Part shown: positions 38,497 through 48,754 of the stretch, one piece after another | Numbering within the stretch: the stretch's first letter is position 1 | Layout of the letters: every line of letters starts with the position of its first letter | Assembly (NCBI GenBank): GCA_945865565.1 | Contig: CAMBEK010000005.1 | Coordinates: 54,056 to 118,055, forward strand | Source of the DNA: Pseudobacteriovorax antillogorgiicola | GTDB taxonomy: Bacteria; Bdellovibrionota_B; Oligoflexia; Oligoflexales; RGVZ01 | Reading direction: 5' to 3' | DNA length: 64,000 bases | The notes under the pieces: model-generated | The model's input: the letters and a program-made list of their open reading frames with translations, nothing else | Told to the model about the DNA's origin: nothing | Database searches by the model: none | Program-made: the position numbers and the translations under genes

Positions 38497-39559
38497 GGTC
38501 TGCCCCTTTTTTTGGCGCAGCCGGATCAATCTGAACGAGTTCGCCACGGGCAAATTCAGGCGGCTCGCCGTGGCGATGCTGCCACGATAAAAATTCCCTC
38601 TCCGTGCCCTTGCAAACCATTTGGCGGGTCTGCCCTTTTAGGTTTTGTTGGTCTCCCGTCAAGCGTGCGGCCGAAATCATTTTCGCAGGAGGAGCCAATT
38701 TCTTTCGCGCCAAGAGGTAAGAAAAAACCAGCGTCCGGTGCTTCATTGGCAGGTGTTGTTCAATTGCGCTGTATAAATCGGGCTGCTGCCACTGGATCCG
38801 GTCGTGGCACCAATCGGTTTTGCTGTGGGTCAATAGAGGACACGCCCCTTGATGGGTGCACGGAGCCCAGACTTTATAACCCTGGCGGATTAGATTTTCT
38901 CGAATTGCCAGCAAACGACGCCCATCCTGATTGGTGCCAGGCTCGATGATGGCCAAAGCCTCACAGTCCAGAACCCAATCCGGCAGGCCATCGAGTTCCG
39001 TCAGTGAGTAAGAAAACACGGCCATGGTTTTGTCGGGATTGCCCACCGTCATAAACTCACGAAGTTTTCTGTCGTCGATGGTCAGGGGATGCTTTTCCGT
39101 CACAGCGTCGGCTGCAAAAATACGGCGCAGGGCCCTTTGAACATCCAATGCTTGCGTCGAACGATCAAATGCCAGGCTGCTGCCGAGAACTTCGGGTGCG
39201 ACATCTTGCAGGGCCAGCCACGCTGCCCCCATTCCGCTGCCCCAGTCGATCGCGCGATGGATCCCTTCGAAAAACCCAAGATTTTTGGCTTCGCGGAATA
39301 CGGCCAGGGTACGAACATGGTTTAGCAGGGTATAATAAAGAAGGTAAGCAGCGGGCGCACCCGGCAACTCGTAGGGAGTTTTTCCGGATGGTTTGGAGAT
39401 GTAAAAATCAGAGATTCGCTGGACGGCATGAGCTAGCTTTGCCGGGGTAAACTTGTCGTCTCTTGCGGCAATTGCTTCAGCCTGATACCCAAAGACCGTT
39501 CGCGCGACATCCGCAAAAGCCCGGAGCAGATCAGGATTAATGACAAATTCAGGCCTCAC
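38462..39559 (-). CDS. Rsm22/METTL17-like methyltransferase
   Basis: AYLLYY, DWGSGMG, IIEPGT, APCTHQGACPL..DWCH. Confidence 0.85.
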   Translation of the reverse strand: MRPEFVINPDLLRAFADVARTVFGYQAEAIAARDDKFTPAKLAHAVQRISDFYISKPSGKTPYELPGAPAAYLLYYTLLNHVRTLAVFREAKNLGFFEGIHRAIDWGSGMGAAWLALQDVAPEVLGSSLAFDRSTQALDVQRALRRIFAADAVTEKHPLTIDDRKLREFMTVGNPDKTMAVFSYSLTELDGLPDWVLDCEALAIIEPGTNQDGRRLLAIRENLIRQGYKVWAPCTHQGACPLLTHSKTDWCHDRIQWQQPDLYSAIEQHLPMKHRTLVFSYLLARKKLAPPAKMISAARLTGDQQNLKGQTRQMVCKGTEREFLSWQHRHGEPPEFARGELVQIDPAAPKKGADLRVIAGQVVRA

Positions 39560-40526
39560 AAAAAAACCCCATCAGAATTCTGCAGAATATCATTGGACTG
39601 CGGAACGGGTCGCTAAAATCACGTCGGGACGAAAATACGAAATCGTGCCCCCGGGAGACGCGCCGTTCATGCGAGCCATTGGCCTGCTTGGCAACGATCA
39701 CTCCATGCCAGCCGATGCCGTCCGCAAGTATGTCCAAATCAACCATATGCTGGAACTTCTCAAGGCTCCATTGATTGATTTGCGAGGGCGGCACAAGCAC
39801 CTCGCCATCCTTGACGCCGGATGCGGAAGTTCCTACCTCACTTTCCTGCTGGCCTGGTACTTGAAACATAAATTGCCGGGCGATTTCCCCGGGGGTTTTT
39901 TAATCGCTGGAATCGACACCAACAAAGCCCTCATTGAAAAATCCCGATCCATGGCCAGCATCTTGGGCCTGGAAAGTCACATGCATTTTGAGGTCGCCTC
40001 GACCAGTGACTTCAAGTGGGACGAATTGCTCGCCAGGCGCCCAGTGCTGGCGGACTTCAAACGCCCCCACATGGTGGTTGGACTTCATGCCTGCGACACG
40101 GCGACCGACGAAGCCATGGGCTTGGGACTTGCCGCAGGAGCCGAGGTCCTGGCCGCCTCGCCGTGCTGCCAGGCCGAACTGGCAGGCAAGTGGCGCGAGT
40201 TGTCCCAGTCGCCAGAAGGACGCACTCACCCAATGGCTCCCGCGTTTCAATCCCCAGAACTGCGCCGGACCATCGCTGCGGAAATGACCGACATGATGCG
40301 AGTCCTGCTGCTCCGGGCCAGCGGATATGAAACGACCGCAACCGAGTTTGTCGAGTCACGACACTCGCCCAAAAATCGTCTTATTCTTGCTTTCAAAAGG
40401 GGAAGATTTTCAAAAGATGCCGCAGAGGCTTACGTAAAATTAAAAGATCATCTTGGCGGTTCTAGCATTCGTCTAGAGTTCCTGGTGTCGGATGAAGTCC
40501 GGGAACTCACAGCAGGCAACCGTTAG
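39540..40526 (+). CDS. SAM-dependent methyltransferase (Methyltransf_32-like)
   Basis: DAGCGSSYLTF, LHACDTATD, PCCQ, HSPKN. Confidence 0.88.
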   Translation: MTNSGLTKKPHQNSAEYHWTAERVAKITSGRKYEIVPPGDAPFMRAIGLLGNDHSMPADAVRKYVQINHMLELLKAPLIDLRGRHKHLAILDAGCGSSYLTFLLAWYLKHKLPGDFPGGFLIAGIDTNKALIEKSRSMASILGLESHMHFEVASTSDFKWDELLARRPVLADFKRPHMVVGLHACDTATDEAMGLGLAAGAEVLAASPCCQAELAGKWRELSQSPEGRTHPMAPAFQSPELRRTIAAEMTDMMRVLLLRASGYETTATEFVESRHSPKNRLILAFKRGRFSKDAAEAYVKLKDHLGGSSIRLEFLVSDEVRELTAGNR

Positions 40527-40872
40527 CGGCAAAAATCGACTCCAGATTATCCGCACGATCCACAAGTTCCAGACCACAAATAAAGTGACCGACCCGGGTC
40601 AAGTGTGGATAGGTGTGAATCACCTTCAAATTTAGATTTTTGCCAGACATCACCATGGTTAACATTTGGCCTGGCTGCAGAATCTTATCGACCAGAATTC
40701 CCAAACCGTTTCGACTCACGTCCGTCGCAAAAGCACGGATGGATTCGTGTCGTTCAAAATCGACCAGTTTGCCGGGAAGTGTGCCATTGACGCGCAGGTT
40801 TCTCGCGTAGGACCTTTGCTCCAAGACAAGTGGAGGTGCGTCCACTTGCAGCTTTCTGACAGGCTGCCCCAT
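40507..40872 (-). CDS. Stand-alone PilZ domain protein
   Basis: RSYAR (RxxxR) and DVSRNG (DxSxxG). Confidence 0.8.
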   Translation of the reverse strand: MGQPVRKLQVDAPPLVLEQRSYARNLRVNGTLPGKLVDFERHESIRAFATDVSRNGLGILVDKILQPGQMLTMVMSGKNLNLKVIHTYPHLTRVGHFICGLELVDRADNLESIFAANGCLL

Positions 40873-40992
40873 AAGAATCTCCCCATAAAAATCACATATT
40901 AACTTGGGCGGGATTTCCCCGAAAAACTTGACACCCTAATAAAAACCACCGAATAATCATTATATAAATCAATTATTTCAGCGGGTTAAAAG

Positions 40993-41238
40993 TTGATAAA
41001 TTCATCTGAATTCGCCCTTTTTGTGACGGGCTTTGACTGGCAAGTGCCGGAAAGTGAGCTGCTTCGGCTGTTTCAGCAAGTCGGGGATGTGATCGGGTTG
41101 AAGGTCACAAAACAGGCGGACGGCAGTCCAGCGGCAATCATTACGATGGCCAGCATGCAAGACGCGGAAGACGCAATCTTGAAGTATGACGGAACGCATT
41201 ACAGAAGTGTGATCCTGCGGGTCCGGAAAGCGGCTTAA
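40993..41238 (+). CDS. RRM RNA-binding protein (degenerate RNP1)
   Basis: LFVTGF, ELLRLFQQVG, AEDAI..YDG, LRV; TTGACA at 40928 upstream. Confidence 0.75.
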   Translation: MINSSEFALFVTGFDWQVPESELLRLFQQVGDVIGLKVTKQADGSPAAIITMASMQDAEDAILKYDGTHYRSVILRVRKAA

Positions 41239-41657
41239 TCGACGGGAACAACATCGACGATCTGGTCTTCGCCGAATTCATCCTGAAGTTGCGAACGCAC
41301 GCCGTTCAGTAATGTGATCAACGAACTCGGGCATCCCTGGCAGCCGCCCCCAAGGCGAATATGAGCCACTCCGGCTTCAAAGGCTTCCAGACGAGCAAAG
41401 CCCGAATGAAACTTGAGCATTTCCGAAACAGGCCCTTCGAGGAATCGCGCAACATCACGCCCAAGTCCAGCAAACCGGTCACTGGTCCCGGGTTCGGTGA
41501 AGGCTCCCTCATCGTCCATGCCTAAAAGTTCACGCATCGCATCGCGGGCCGATTCCATGCTTGCACCAGTGGTCTTCTTGCCCGAAGGCGTGTGAAGGGC
41601 CACAAAGGAACCGTCGGGTTCCTTGCTGATGATGACTGAATCTAGGTCGCCACTCAT
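41235..41657 (-). CDS. NifU-like domain protein with HicB-like N-terminus
   Basis: GGCQGCPSS; ATG 41657 overlaps phoU stop. Confidence 0.8.
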   Translation of the reverse strand: MSGDLDSVIISKEPDGSFVALHTPSGKKTTGASMESARDAMRELLGMDDEGAFTEPGTSDRFAGLGRDVARFLEGPVSEMLKFHSGFARLEAFEAGVAHIRLGGGCQGCPSSLITLLNGVRSQLQDEFGEDQIVDVVPVD

Positions 41658-42388
41658 GATTTTGACCCGTCCTCTTCTTTGTTTTCCCCTGCCTTCGACA
41701 GAACCGGGGCCTGGCCATGCCTGATCCGACGTCCTTGTACGATGTACACCACCGTTTCCGCAATGTGACATGCAATGTCGGCAATGCTTTCAAACTTGTT
41801 GGCACATGCCACAACAAGGAGTCCGGTTTCAGGATCCAGATTGCCGGAGACCCCACGCAGGCTTTTCAAAACCATGTCGTGAGCCTGATCCTGCAAGGCA
41901 TCGACCACATTGTCCAGGGGCGGGATGCTTTCCGCAGCCTTGACGTCCCCCGACAACAGCGCAGCCACCGCCTTCTCTAAAATGAGGTTCGACTTTTCAG
42001 AAAGATCTTTGAGGACACCCCAAATCAAAGGCATCTCATCTGACATCACCCCGATATCAATCATATTTCTCGCTATGCTGCGCACGCAGTCGCCGACCCT
42101 TTCCAGGCCCGCAGCAACATCAATCGCACCGATCGCGTAACGCAAATCCCGCCCCAATGGAGCCCTGTAGTTCATAAAAGCAACGGTCAAGTCATCAAGG
42201 CTTAACTCCAGGGAATCAACCTCCGCATCCTTTGCAATGATGCGGGCCAGGACTTCAAGCCTCTTGCCATCACTCGCTCCGAAGGTCGAACGCAGCGTGC
42301 GAGACTGCTCCAACACGGCCGAAGCAAGTTCTTCGAGGCGCTTGCGCACCGCAGCAAATTCCTGACTGCTTGTTGCCCCAGATCCCAT
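41654..42388 (-). CDS. phoU: Phosphate signalling protein PhoU
   Basis: DAEVD, DLR, LERVGD, DNVVD, ESIAD...HIAE. Confidence 0.85.
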   Translation of the reverse strand: MGSGATSSQEFAAVRKRLEELASAVLEQSRTLRSTFGASDGKRLEVLARIIAKDAEVDSLELSLDDLTVAFMNYRAPLGRDLRYAIGAIDVAAGLERVGDCVRSIARNMIDIGVMSDEMPLIWGVLKDLSEKSNLILEKAVAALLSGDVKAAESIPPLDNVVDALQDQAHDMVLKSLRGVSGNLDPETGLLVVACANKFESIADIACHIAETVVYIVQGRRIRHGQAPVLSKAGENKEEDGSKS

Positions 42389-42414
42389 GTCAAACTCCCG
42401 GACAGATATCCATA

Positions 42415-45400
42415 TTACGACTTCGCTGCAAAACGCGCCTTCATCCATGCCGCGCTCCATACGCGGAACCGGTCAATGAATCCGTAAGCAGCAGGCACTA
42501 CCACCAGGGACAAAACCGTCGAGCTGATCAGGCCACCAATGATGGCAACCCCCATGCTCGTCCTTTGGCGCGAGGCCTCATTCAAGCCTATGGCAATTGG
42601 CAGCATTCCCGCAATAAGAGCCATCGTTGTCATCAAAATTGGCCGAAGTCGCGCGCGCCCGGCATCTAAAATGGCCTGAGCACGGTCAGCGCCTTCCTTG
42701 ACCCGCTGATTCGCGTAATCGACCAACAAGATTGAGTTTTTGGATGCGATCCCCATGAGCAGAATGCACCCGATCATGGAATTCAAATCCAATGCCTTGC
42801 CCGTGACAAAAAGAGCAAGAAACGCACCAGCGACCGCAAGGGGTAAAACCAGCATGATGGCAAACGGTGTGACGAACGACTCATAGAGGCTCGCCAAAAC
42901 GAAATAAATGAAGAGAACCGCGAGCGTCAGCGCCAGCACCATGTTCTCAATCAGCTCTTTGAAGCTCTCCGCCTGTCCCACAAAGTTATAACGCATTCCC
43001 TCGGGCAACTTCATTTCTTCCGTCAGCAAGCGATTGATATCGCCGATCACCGCGTTCATTCCCGGACCATCTGCTGCGATGTCCCCTCCGATATTGATGT
43101 ATCGACCGCGATCCTGACGGCTGATCGTGGCAGGACCCTCTGTTTTCACCATTTGAGCGACATCAGAAAGGCGCAGGAGCGACATGTTGATGTTGGGAAC
43201 ATAAGTCTTTTCAAAAACCAGAGGCAAATTCCGTTCGCTCTCTGCGAGGCGCACCCGGATGTCGTATTCCTGTGCATTCTCGCGGAAAACGGCCGGAGTT
43301 GCCCCCTCGACCAGGGTCCGTAATTCAAAGCCAACAAGATTGGTGGAGACGCCCAGACGCTCGGCCTTCTGACGATCCAAGACAAATTGCACTTCGGGTT
43401 TTCCTGGGCGGAAACTAATGTCGACGTCCTTGAGCCCAGGATTGACTTTCAATTTCTCGAAAAGCTTTTGAGACACCTGCTCCAATTGCTTCAAGTCGGG
43501 TCCGATGATGGACACATTAAAGGGGCGCTGTCCGCCGGCGACGATATCCAGATCCTTCACGAGTGGATTGGCAAAAGTGAATGGCTTCAGGTCGCCCCGC
43601 ATCAACTCCTTGAACTGGGTCGTATTCACCTTGCGCTGACGCGATGGCACAAGATTCACGAAAATCTCAGCCACGTTTGCCTGTCCGTCCCTGCCGCCGA
43701 TGCTCATGGAAGTCAACGCCACTTCCGGTTTGCTTCGCACCAACGCCTCGACTTCACCGGCAACGCGAGCCATTTCATCAAGGGACGTACCGGGCGGCAG
43801 ATCAAGTCCGACAACGAACTCTCCGAAATCCTGCGGCGAGAGGAACGTCTTTGGGACAAACTTGACGAGAATCACGATACTGCCGAAAAAAATCCCAAAC
43901 GCGACGATCAACGAAAAGATCGAATTGCCGCGGGTCCGCAAAATCACTTTCAGGAGACCCTCGTACAAATCATCGAACCAATCCTGCAACCGGCCAAAAC
44001 CGCGCACGACAGGACCGAATGTGTAGCGATAGAATAATGATTCAGGTCCGCCTGAATGAGCTTTCCCGGCAAAATAGGCTGAAAGCATCGGCGCCATGGT
44101 CAATGCGTCAAACAGCGAAATTGCCATTGCAAAACAAATCGTCAGACCGAATTCTCGAAAGAATTGACCCACAATTCCCTTTAAAAATCCGACGGGGCCA
44201 AAGACGGCAATCACAACCAAAGTGGTCGCTACGACTGCCATCGTCACTTCTTTTGTGCCGTTCAACGCGGCGTCTTTCGGACTGTCGCCCGCCTCGATGT
44301 GGCGGAAAATGTTTTCCCGGACCACAATCGCGTCATCCACGAGAAGGCCAACGGCCAAAGACAGTGCGAGCAACGTCATCACATTGATCGTGAATCCAGC
44401 GAGGGCCATCAGGATAAACGCCCCCAACAGTGAATTGGGCAGCGCCAACCCGGTGATCACCGTCGACCTGAAGTTCCCCAAAAACAAATAAACCACGAGA
44501 ATGGTCAGGATGATTCCCAGAAAAATGGACTCCTTCACATCCTGAAGGTTCGCGCGAATTGGCTTTGCACCATCACGTACCATGGTCAACTTGGCCTTGT
44601 CGCCAGCGGCAGTCATTTCGTCGTTGATCTTGTCAATGGCCTTCTTGATCGCATCGGCAACATTGACCGTATTCGCCCCGGACTGTTTGAAAACATAAAT
44701 CGAAAGGCCTTGCTTGCCGTCCAAAAAATATCTGGTCTTCTCGTCCTGCAGCCCATCATAAACTCGACCGACCTGGGCAACCGTCACCGGCACGTCGTTG
44801 CCAAGGAAATTCACAATCGACTGTTCGATATCCTTGAGCGACTTGAACTCACCCACCGTGCGATAAACGCTCTCCTTGATTCCCTCACTAAATTTCCCGA
44901 CAGGGACATTCGCGCCAGAGGCGCCGATGCGATTGGCGACCATCGTGGCCGACAATTCATAACTCTTCAGCTTTTTCTGATCCAGGTCGATCCGGACTTC
45001 CCTCTTGCGTCCACCGACAATGTCGACGAGGCCGACCTGAGTGACCTGCTCGAGCTTTGGTTTGATCCGGGTGTCTGCAAGTTCGTAGACCTGATCGGGA
45101 CGCAGCCCGGGCGCCTCAAGGGCAATGATGATGACAGGCTGGTCCGCAGGATCGATCCTGCGAACCACTGGTTCTTTCACGTCGACCGGAAGTTTTCTTT
45201 TAGCTGATGCCACCCGGTCCTTGATTTGCTGCTCGGCATACCTGATGTCGGTCTCCAGGACAAACTCAGCAACGACGATGCTGACGCCTTCTTTGCTGTC
45301 GGACTTCAGGCGTTTGATCCCTGGGACGGTGCTGATTTCTTCCTCGAGTACCTTTGAAACCAGAGTCTCCATTTCAGAAGGCCCTGCACCCGGATACGGT

Positions 45401-45546
45401 GTCGTCACCGTCACCACCGGAAAAGTAATGTTGGGGAATAAATCGACACTGAGTCCCCGCATACACAGCAAACCAACCGCCAGCGTGAGCATGACGATAC
45501 AGGTCAGAAAGACCGGGCGTTTAATAGAAAGATCGGCAAGACTCAT
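42415..45546 (-). CDS. RND efflux permease (AcrB/D/F family)
   Basis: SIKRPV, GLLVDDAIVVRENI, KNSILLVD, RLRPILMT. Confidence 0.95.
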   Translation of the reverse strand: MSLADLSIKRPVFLTCIVMLTLAVGLLCMRGLSVDLFPNITFPVVTVTTPYPGAGPSEMETLVSKVLEEEISTVPGIKRLKSDSKEGVSIVVAEFVLETDIRYAEQQIKDRVASAKRKLPVDVKEPVVRRIDPADQPVIIIALEAPGLRPDQVYELADTRIKPKLEQVTQVGLVDIVGGRKREVRIDLDQKKLKSYELSATMVANRIGASGANVPVGKFSEGIKESVYRTVGEFKSLKDIEQSIVNFLGNDVPVTVAQVGRVYDGLQDEKTRYFLDGKQGLSIYVFKQSGANTVNVADAIKKAIDKINDEMTAAGDKAKLTMVRDGAKPIRANLQDVKESIFLGIILTILVVYLFLGNFRSTVITGLALPNSLLGAFILMALAGFTINVMTLLALSLAVGLLVDDAIVVRENIFRHIEAGDSPKDAALNGTKEVTMAVVATTLVVIAVFGPVGFLKGIVGQFFREFGLTICFAMAISLFDALTMAPMLSAYFAGKAHSGGPESLFYRYTFGPVVRGFGRLQDWFDDLYEGLLKVILRTRGNSIFSLIVAFGIFFGSIVILVKFVPKTFLSPQDFGEFVVGLDLPPGTSLDEMARVAGEVEALVRSKPEVALTSMSIGGRDGQANVAEIFVNLVPSRQRKVNTTQFKELMRGDLKPFTFANPLVKDLDIVAGGQRPFNVSIIGPDLKQLEQVSQKLFEKLKVNPGLKDVDISFRPGKPEVQFVLDRQKAERLGVSTNLVGFELRTLVEGATPAVFRENAQEYDIRVRLAESERNLPLVFEKTYVPNINMSLLRLSDVAQMVKTEGPATISRQDRGRYINIGGDIAADGPGMNAVIGDINRLLTEEMKLPEGMRYNFVGQAESFKELIENMVLALTLAVLFIYFVLASLYESFVTPFAIMLVLPLAVAGAFLALFVTGKALDLNSMIGCILLMGIASKNSILLVDYANQRVKEGADRAQAILDAGRARLRPILMTTMALIAGMLPIAIGLNEASRQRTSMGVAIIGGLISSTVLSLVVVPAAYGFIDRFRVWSAAWMKARFAAKS

Positions 45547-45549
45547 GGT

Positions 45550-46968
45550 TCAGTTGCCTCCGAAGGTTTTCATTTGAGCGACGATTCGCATGTAATCTGC
45601 CTTCATGCGAATCCGGTTGAGTTGTGCCTGGGCGTAATCCTGTTCAAACATCAAAACCTGAAAAAGAGTCGAGCGGCCTTTGGACTGGCGGGCTTTTTCA
45701 TATTCGTACTTCTCTTTTTGGACGACTTCCATGTTGGTGGCTAAATCCAGGCGCCTTCTGGAATCGCCCAAAGAATCCTTGAGCCCTTCCCATTCGCGTT
45801 CTTCGTCGAACTCTTTGCGCTCGCGCGTGAGTTCACTGGCCCTGGCTTCCATGTCGGCACCGCGCTGCTGGTCCATCACAGCAGGCACACCCAGTGGAAT
45901 ATTGAGTTTGACGCCGTACACACGCGTTGGATTCTTGATCGCCAGAGCATCTTTACTGGATTGGCCTGCGGTCGCATCTCGTCCGTTGCCGGCATAGGTC
46001 GCAAAAAGATCAACTTGAGGCGCGTACTTTTCCCGCGCCAATTTTGCAGCAGCCTTAGAGAGAACCTCAACCTGCCGTGCAACGAGAACATCTTCACGCG
46101 GCCCAGCCCGATCGGGATCGGGAATTTTCCCGATCGCATCGACGGTCAATTTGTTCAGGCTTTCGGAAACCTTTTCACTCGCGATTCCACGCAGTGAATT
46201 GAATTGGCGTGCAGCGGCCTGCTCCTCGTCTGTCGCAATTTGAAGTTCAAGTTCACGCCCCTTCACAGCAGCATCCGACTGCAAAAAATCAGCCCGGTCT
46301 GCGAGAGATAATTTGACGCGACCCGCGCTCCATTCACGCATCTTGACGGCACGATTATAAGATTCACGCTGCGCGGAAAGTGCCTCGCGGGCCAAGGCCA
46401 GGCGCCAATAGGTTCCCTCGGCCTCGGCCATCAGAAATTTTTCTTTCAACTTTTCGGAATGCTTTGCCAATAAAGCTTGGCCTTCCACGATATCCAACTG
46501 GGCTCGCGTTTCGCGGCCGAATCCGTTTTTCCAAAGGGACTGGGAAATTTCCAACTGGGGCCGCGTCTCGTAGTAGTCGGCCAATGGCAAAAATTGTGAA
46601 CTCGCCCCGTCAATCACGACGTGATTGGTGGTGACTCCCAGTTTTCCTGCCAAGCCAAACGGAGTCAGTTGGGAAATGCCGTAGGACATGCTGTCCACAT
46701 CGGTGGCTGATCCCATCATCGTGGGATTGCTCGTCGGCTTGTGGTCGCGCGAAACGGAGTAGTTCACAAAAAGACTGGGGGACAAGATCACGCTGCGTTC
46801 TGCCGCCTTGAGTCCACCGGCTTCCGACAGGCCGGCTGCGGCTTGGGCCGCCTTGTTGCCGCCGCGGACTTGCCCCAGATAGGAGTCCAAAGTCAGGTTG
46901 TCCAATCCGGCCGCAAATCCTGTCGCCGTCATTCCCATAAACATCAGCAAACAAATCCAAAGCCGCAT
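45550..46968 (-). CDS. TolC family outer membrane protein
   Basis: Signal peptide, duplicated OEP-like halves, adjacent to RND permease; GAGGAGG RBS. Confidence 0.85.
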   Translation of the reverse strand: MRLWICLLMFMGMTATGFAAGLDNLTLDSYLGQVRGGNKAAQAAAGLSEAGGLKAAERSVILSPSLFVNYSVSRDHKPTSNPTMMGSATDVDSMSYGISQLTPFGLAGKLGVTTNHVVIDGASSQFLPLADYYETRPQLEISQSLWKNGFGRETRAQLDIVEGQALLAKHSEKLKEKFLMAEAEGTYWRLALAREALSAQRESYNRAVKMREWSAGRVKLSLADRADFLQSDAAVKGRELELQIATDEEQAAARQFNSLRGIASEKVSESLNKLTVDAIGKIPDPDRAGPREDVLVARQVEVLSKAAAKLAREKYAPQVDLFATYAGNGRDATAGQSSKDALAIKNPTRVYGVKLNIPLGVPAVMDQQRGADMEARASELTRERKEFDEEREWEGLKDSLGDSRRRLDLATNMEVVQKEKYEYEKARQSKGRSTLFQVLMFEQDYAQAQLNRIRMKADYMRIVAQMKTFGGN

Positions 46969-47126
46969 AGTTTCCTCCTCCAAGCTCACCTTTTGGATTG
47001 TGGATCACAATCTATAAAAAAGTCAATCATGCCGGATAGATATGTCTATTCAATCGGCACCGGGTTTGCCTCGACAAACCCAAGATTTGATTGCAAGTCC
47101 GCGGGGTTTCCTGTTTAACGTGGGGC

Positions 47127-48740
47127 ATGTCTGCTACCGCCACTGGCGTTCTAAATAAAGAGATCCTCAAACGTCGCACTTTTGCGATCATCTCGCACCC
47201 CGATGCGGGCAAGACGACCATTACCGAAAAACTGCTGCTTTACGGCGGAGCCATCCAAATGGCAGGGACCGTCAAGGCAAAGCGCGGCAAGAAATTTGCG
47301 ACTTCCGACTGGATGGAACTTGAAAAGCAGCGCGGAATTTCTGTGACGTCGTCCGTTATGAAGTTTCCCTACGAAGGCCACGAAATCAACCTGATCGACA
47401 CACCCGGTCACCAGGATTTTTCGGAAGATACCTACCGCACGCTGACTGCGGTCGACAGCGCGCTGATGCTGATCGACGGAGCCAACGGGGTTGAGGCTCA
47501 AACCAAAAAATTATTTGAAGTCTGCAGCCTGCGTCAGACGCCGGTCATGGCGTTCATCAACAAGATGGACCGAGAGGCTCGCGACCCATTCGATCTGATG
47601 GATGAAATTGAAAAGGTCCTTGGCATTGCCTGCTACCCGGTTACCTGGCCGATAGGTATGGGAATCCGGTTTCGCGGTGTTTATGATCGACAACGCGAGC
47701 AGCTTCTTCTTTTTGAAAAAGACGCGGAGCGTTCGCGTCCGGTGGCATTGACTGAGCTTGGCTTGGACTCACCGGAAGTCGACGCGGAATTGGGCGCAGA
47801 GGTTGCAGCCGAACTGCGCAGCCAGGTGGAAATTCTGAGTGCCGGCGAAACTTTTGACCGTGAACGTTATTTGCGCGGCGAACTGGCACCTGTTTTCTTC
47901 GGTAGCGCCCTAAATAATTTTGGCGTTCAGACTTTGCTCGATGCCCTCGTTGAAATTTCACCGGCACCCCTGCCGCGACCGGCGGTCAGCCGCACGGTCG
48001 AGCCAACCGAGGGAAAATTTTCCGCCTTCATTTTCAAGATTCAGGCAAACATGGATCCGTCGCACCGGGATCGTGTCGCTTTTATGCGAATCGTCTCCGG
48101 TAAATTCGAGCGGGGCATGAAAGCCTGGCATGTGCGCCTGAAACGCGAATCACGCCTGGGCCGTCCAACCCAATTCATGGCCCAAGACCGAAGCCTCGTC
48201 GACGAAGCCTATGCGGGCGACATCGTGGGTATCCATGACCCGGGGATTTTTAAAATCGGCGATACCCTGAGCGAAGGCGAGGACTTGATCTACTCGGGCA
48301 TTCCAGTTTTCTCGCCCGAGCATTTTGTTCGCGTGCAGCTTAAAGACCCGCTGAAGTCCAAACAGCTCAACAAGGCACTGGATCAGCTCTCGGAAGAGGG
48401 TGCCGTTCAGGTGCTGCGTCCTATCACCTCCAACGACCACTACCTTGGAGTCGTTGGTGCCCTGCAGTTTGACGTGGTGAAATACCGGATTGAATTCGAA
48501 TATAGCGTCAAAGTCCAACTGCATGCTCTGCCTTACACAGCCGCCCGCTGGATCCGCAGCAGCGATGCCAATGCGATTGAAGCCATCCTGAAAGATCAGG
48601 CGCACATCATCACCCGGGACCAGCACGACAATCCCGTCATTCTGTTGGATCAGGTCTGGCGCCTAAAACTCCTGAACGAACGCCATCCCAAGATCACATT
48701 CGCGACGACCTCGGAAAATCTGCAGGACCGCATTTCGTAG
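47127..48740 (+). CDS. prfC: Peptide chain release factor 3
   Basis: RRTFAIISHPDAGKTT, DTPGHQDFSEDTYR, FKIQANMDP.HRDR. Confidence 0.97.
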   Translation: MSATATGVLNKEILKRRTFAIISHPDAGKTTITEKLLLYGGAIQMAGTVKAKRGKKFATSDWMELEKQRGISVTSSVMKFPYEGHEINLIDTPGHQDFSEDTYRTLTAVDSALMLIDGANGVEAQTKKLFEVCSLRQTPVMAFINKMDREARDPFDLMDEIEKVLGIACYPVTWPIGMGIRFRGVYDRQREQLLLFEKDAERSRPVALTELGLDSPEVDAELGAEVAAELRSQVEILSAGETFDRERYLRGELAPVFFGSALNNFGVQTLLDALVEISPAPLPRPAVSRTVEPTEGKFSAFIFKIQANMDPSHRDRVAFMRIVSGKFERGMKAWHVRLKRESRLGRPTQFMAQDRSLVDEAYAGDIVGIHDPGIFKIGDTLSEGEDLIYSGIPVFSPEHFVRVQLKDPLKSKQLNKALDQLSEEGAVQVLRPITSNDHYLGVVGALQFDVVKYRIEFEYSVKVQLHALPYTAARWIRSSDANAIEAILKDQAHIITRDQHDNPVILLDQVWRLKLLNERHPKITFATTSENLQDRIS

Positions 48741-48754
48741 TCCTGAGCATTGCC

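Noticed and set aside
47055..47085. GGCAAACC-containing hairpin as a c-di-GMP-I riboswitch
   Set aside because: Downstream GAAA loop and second-stem elements absent; only a 7-bp hairpin.
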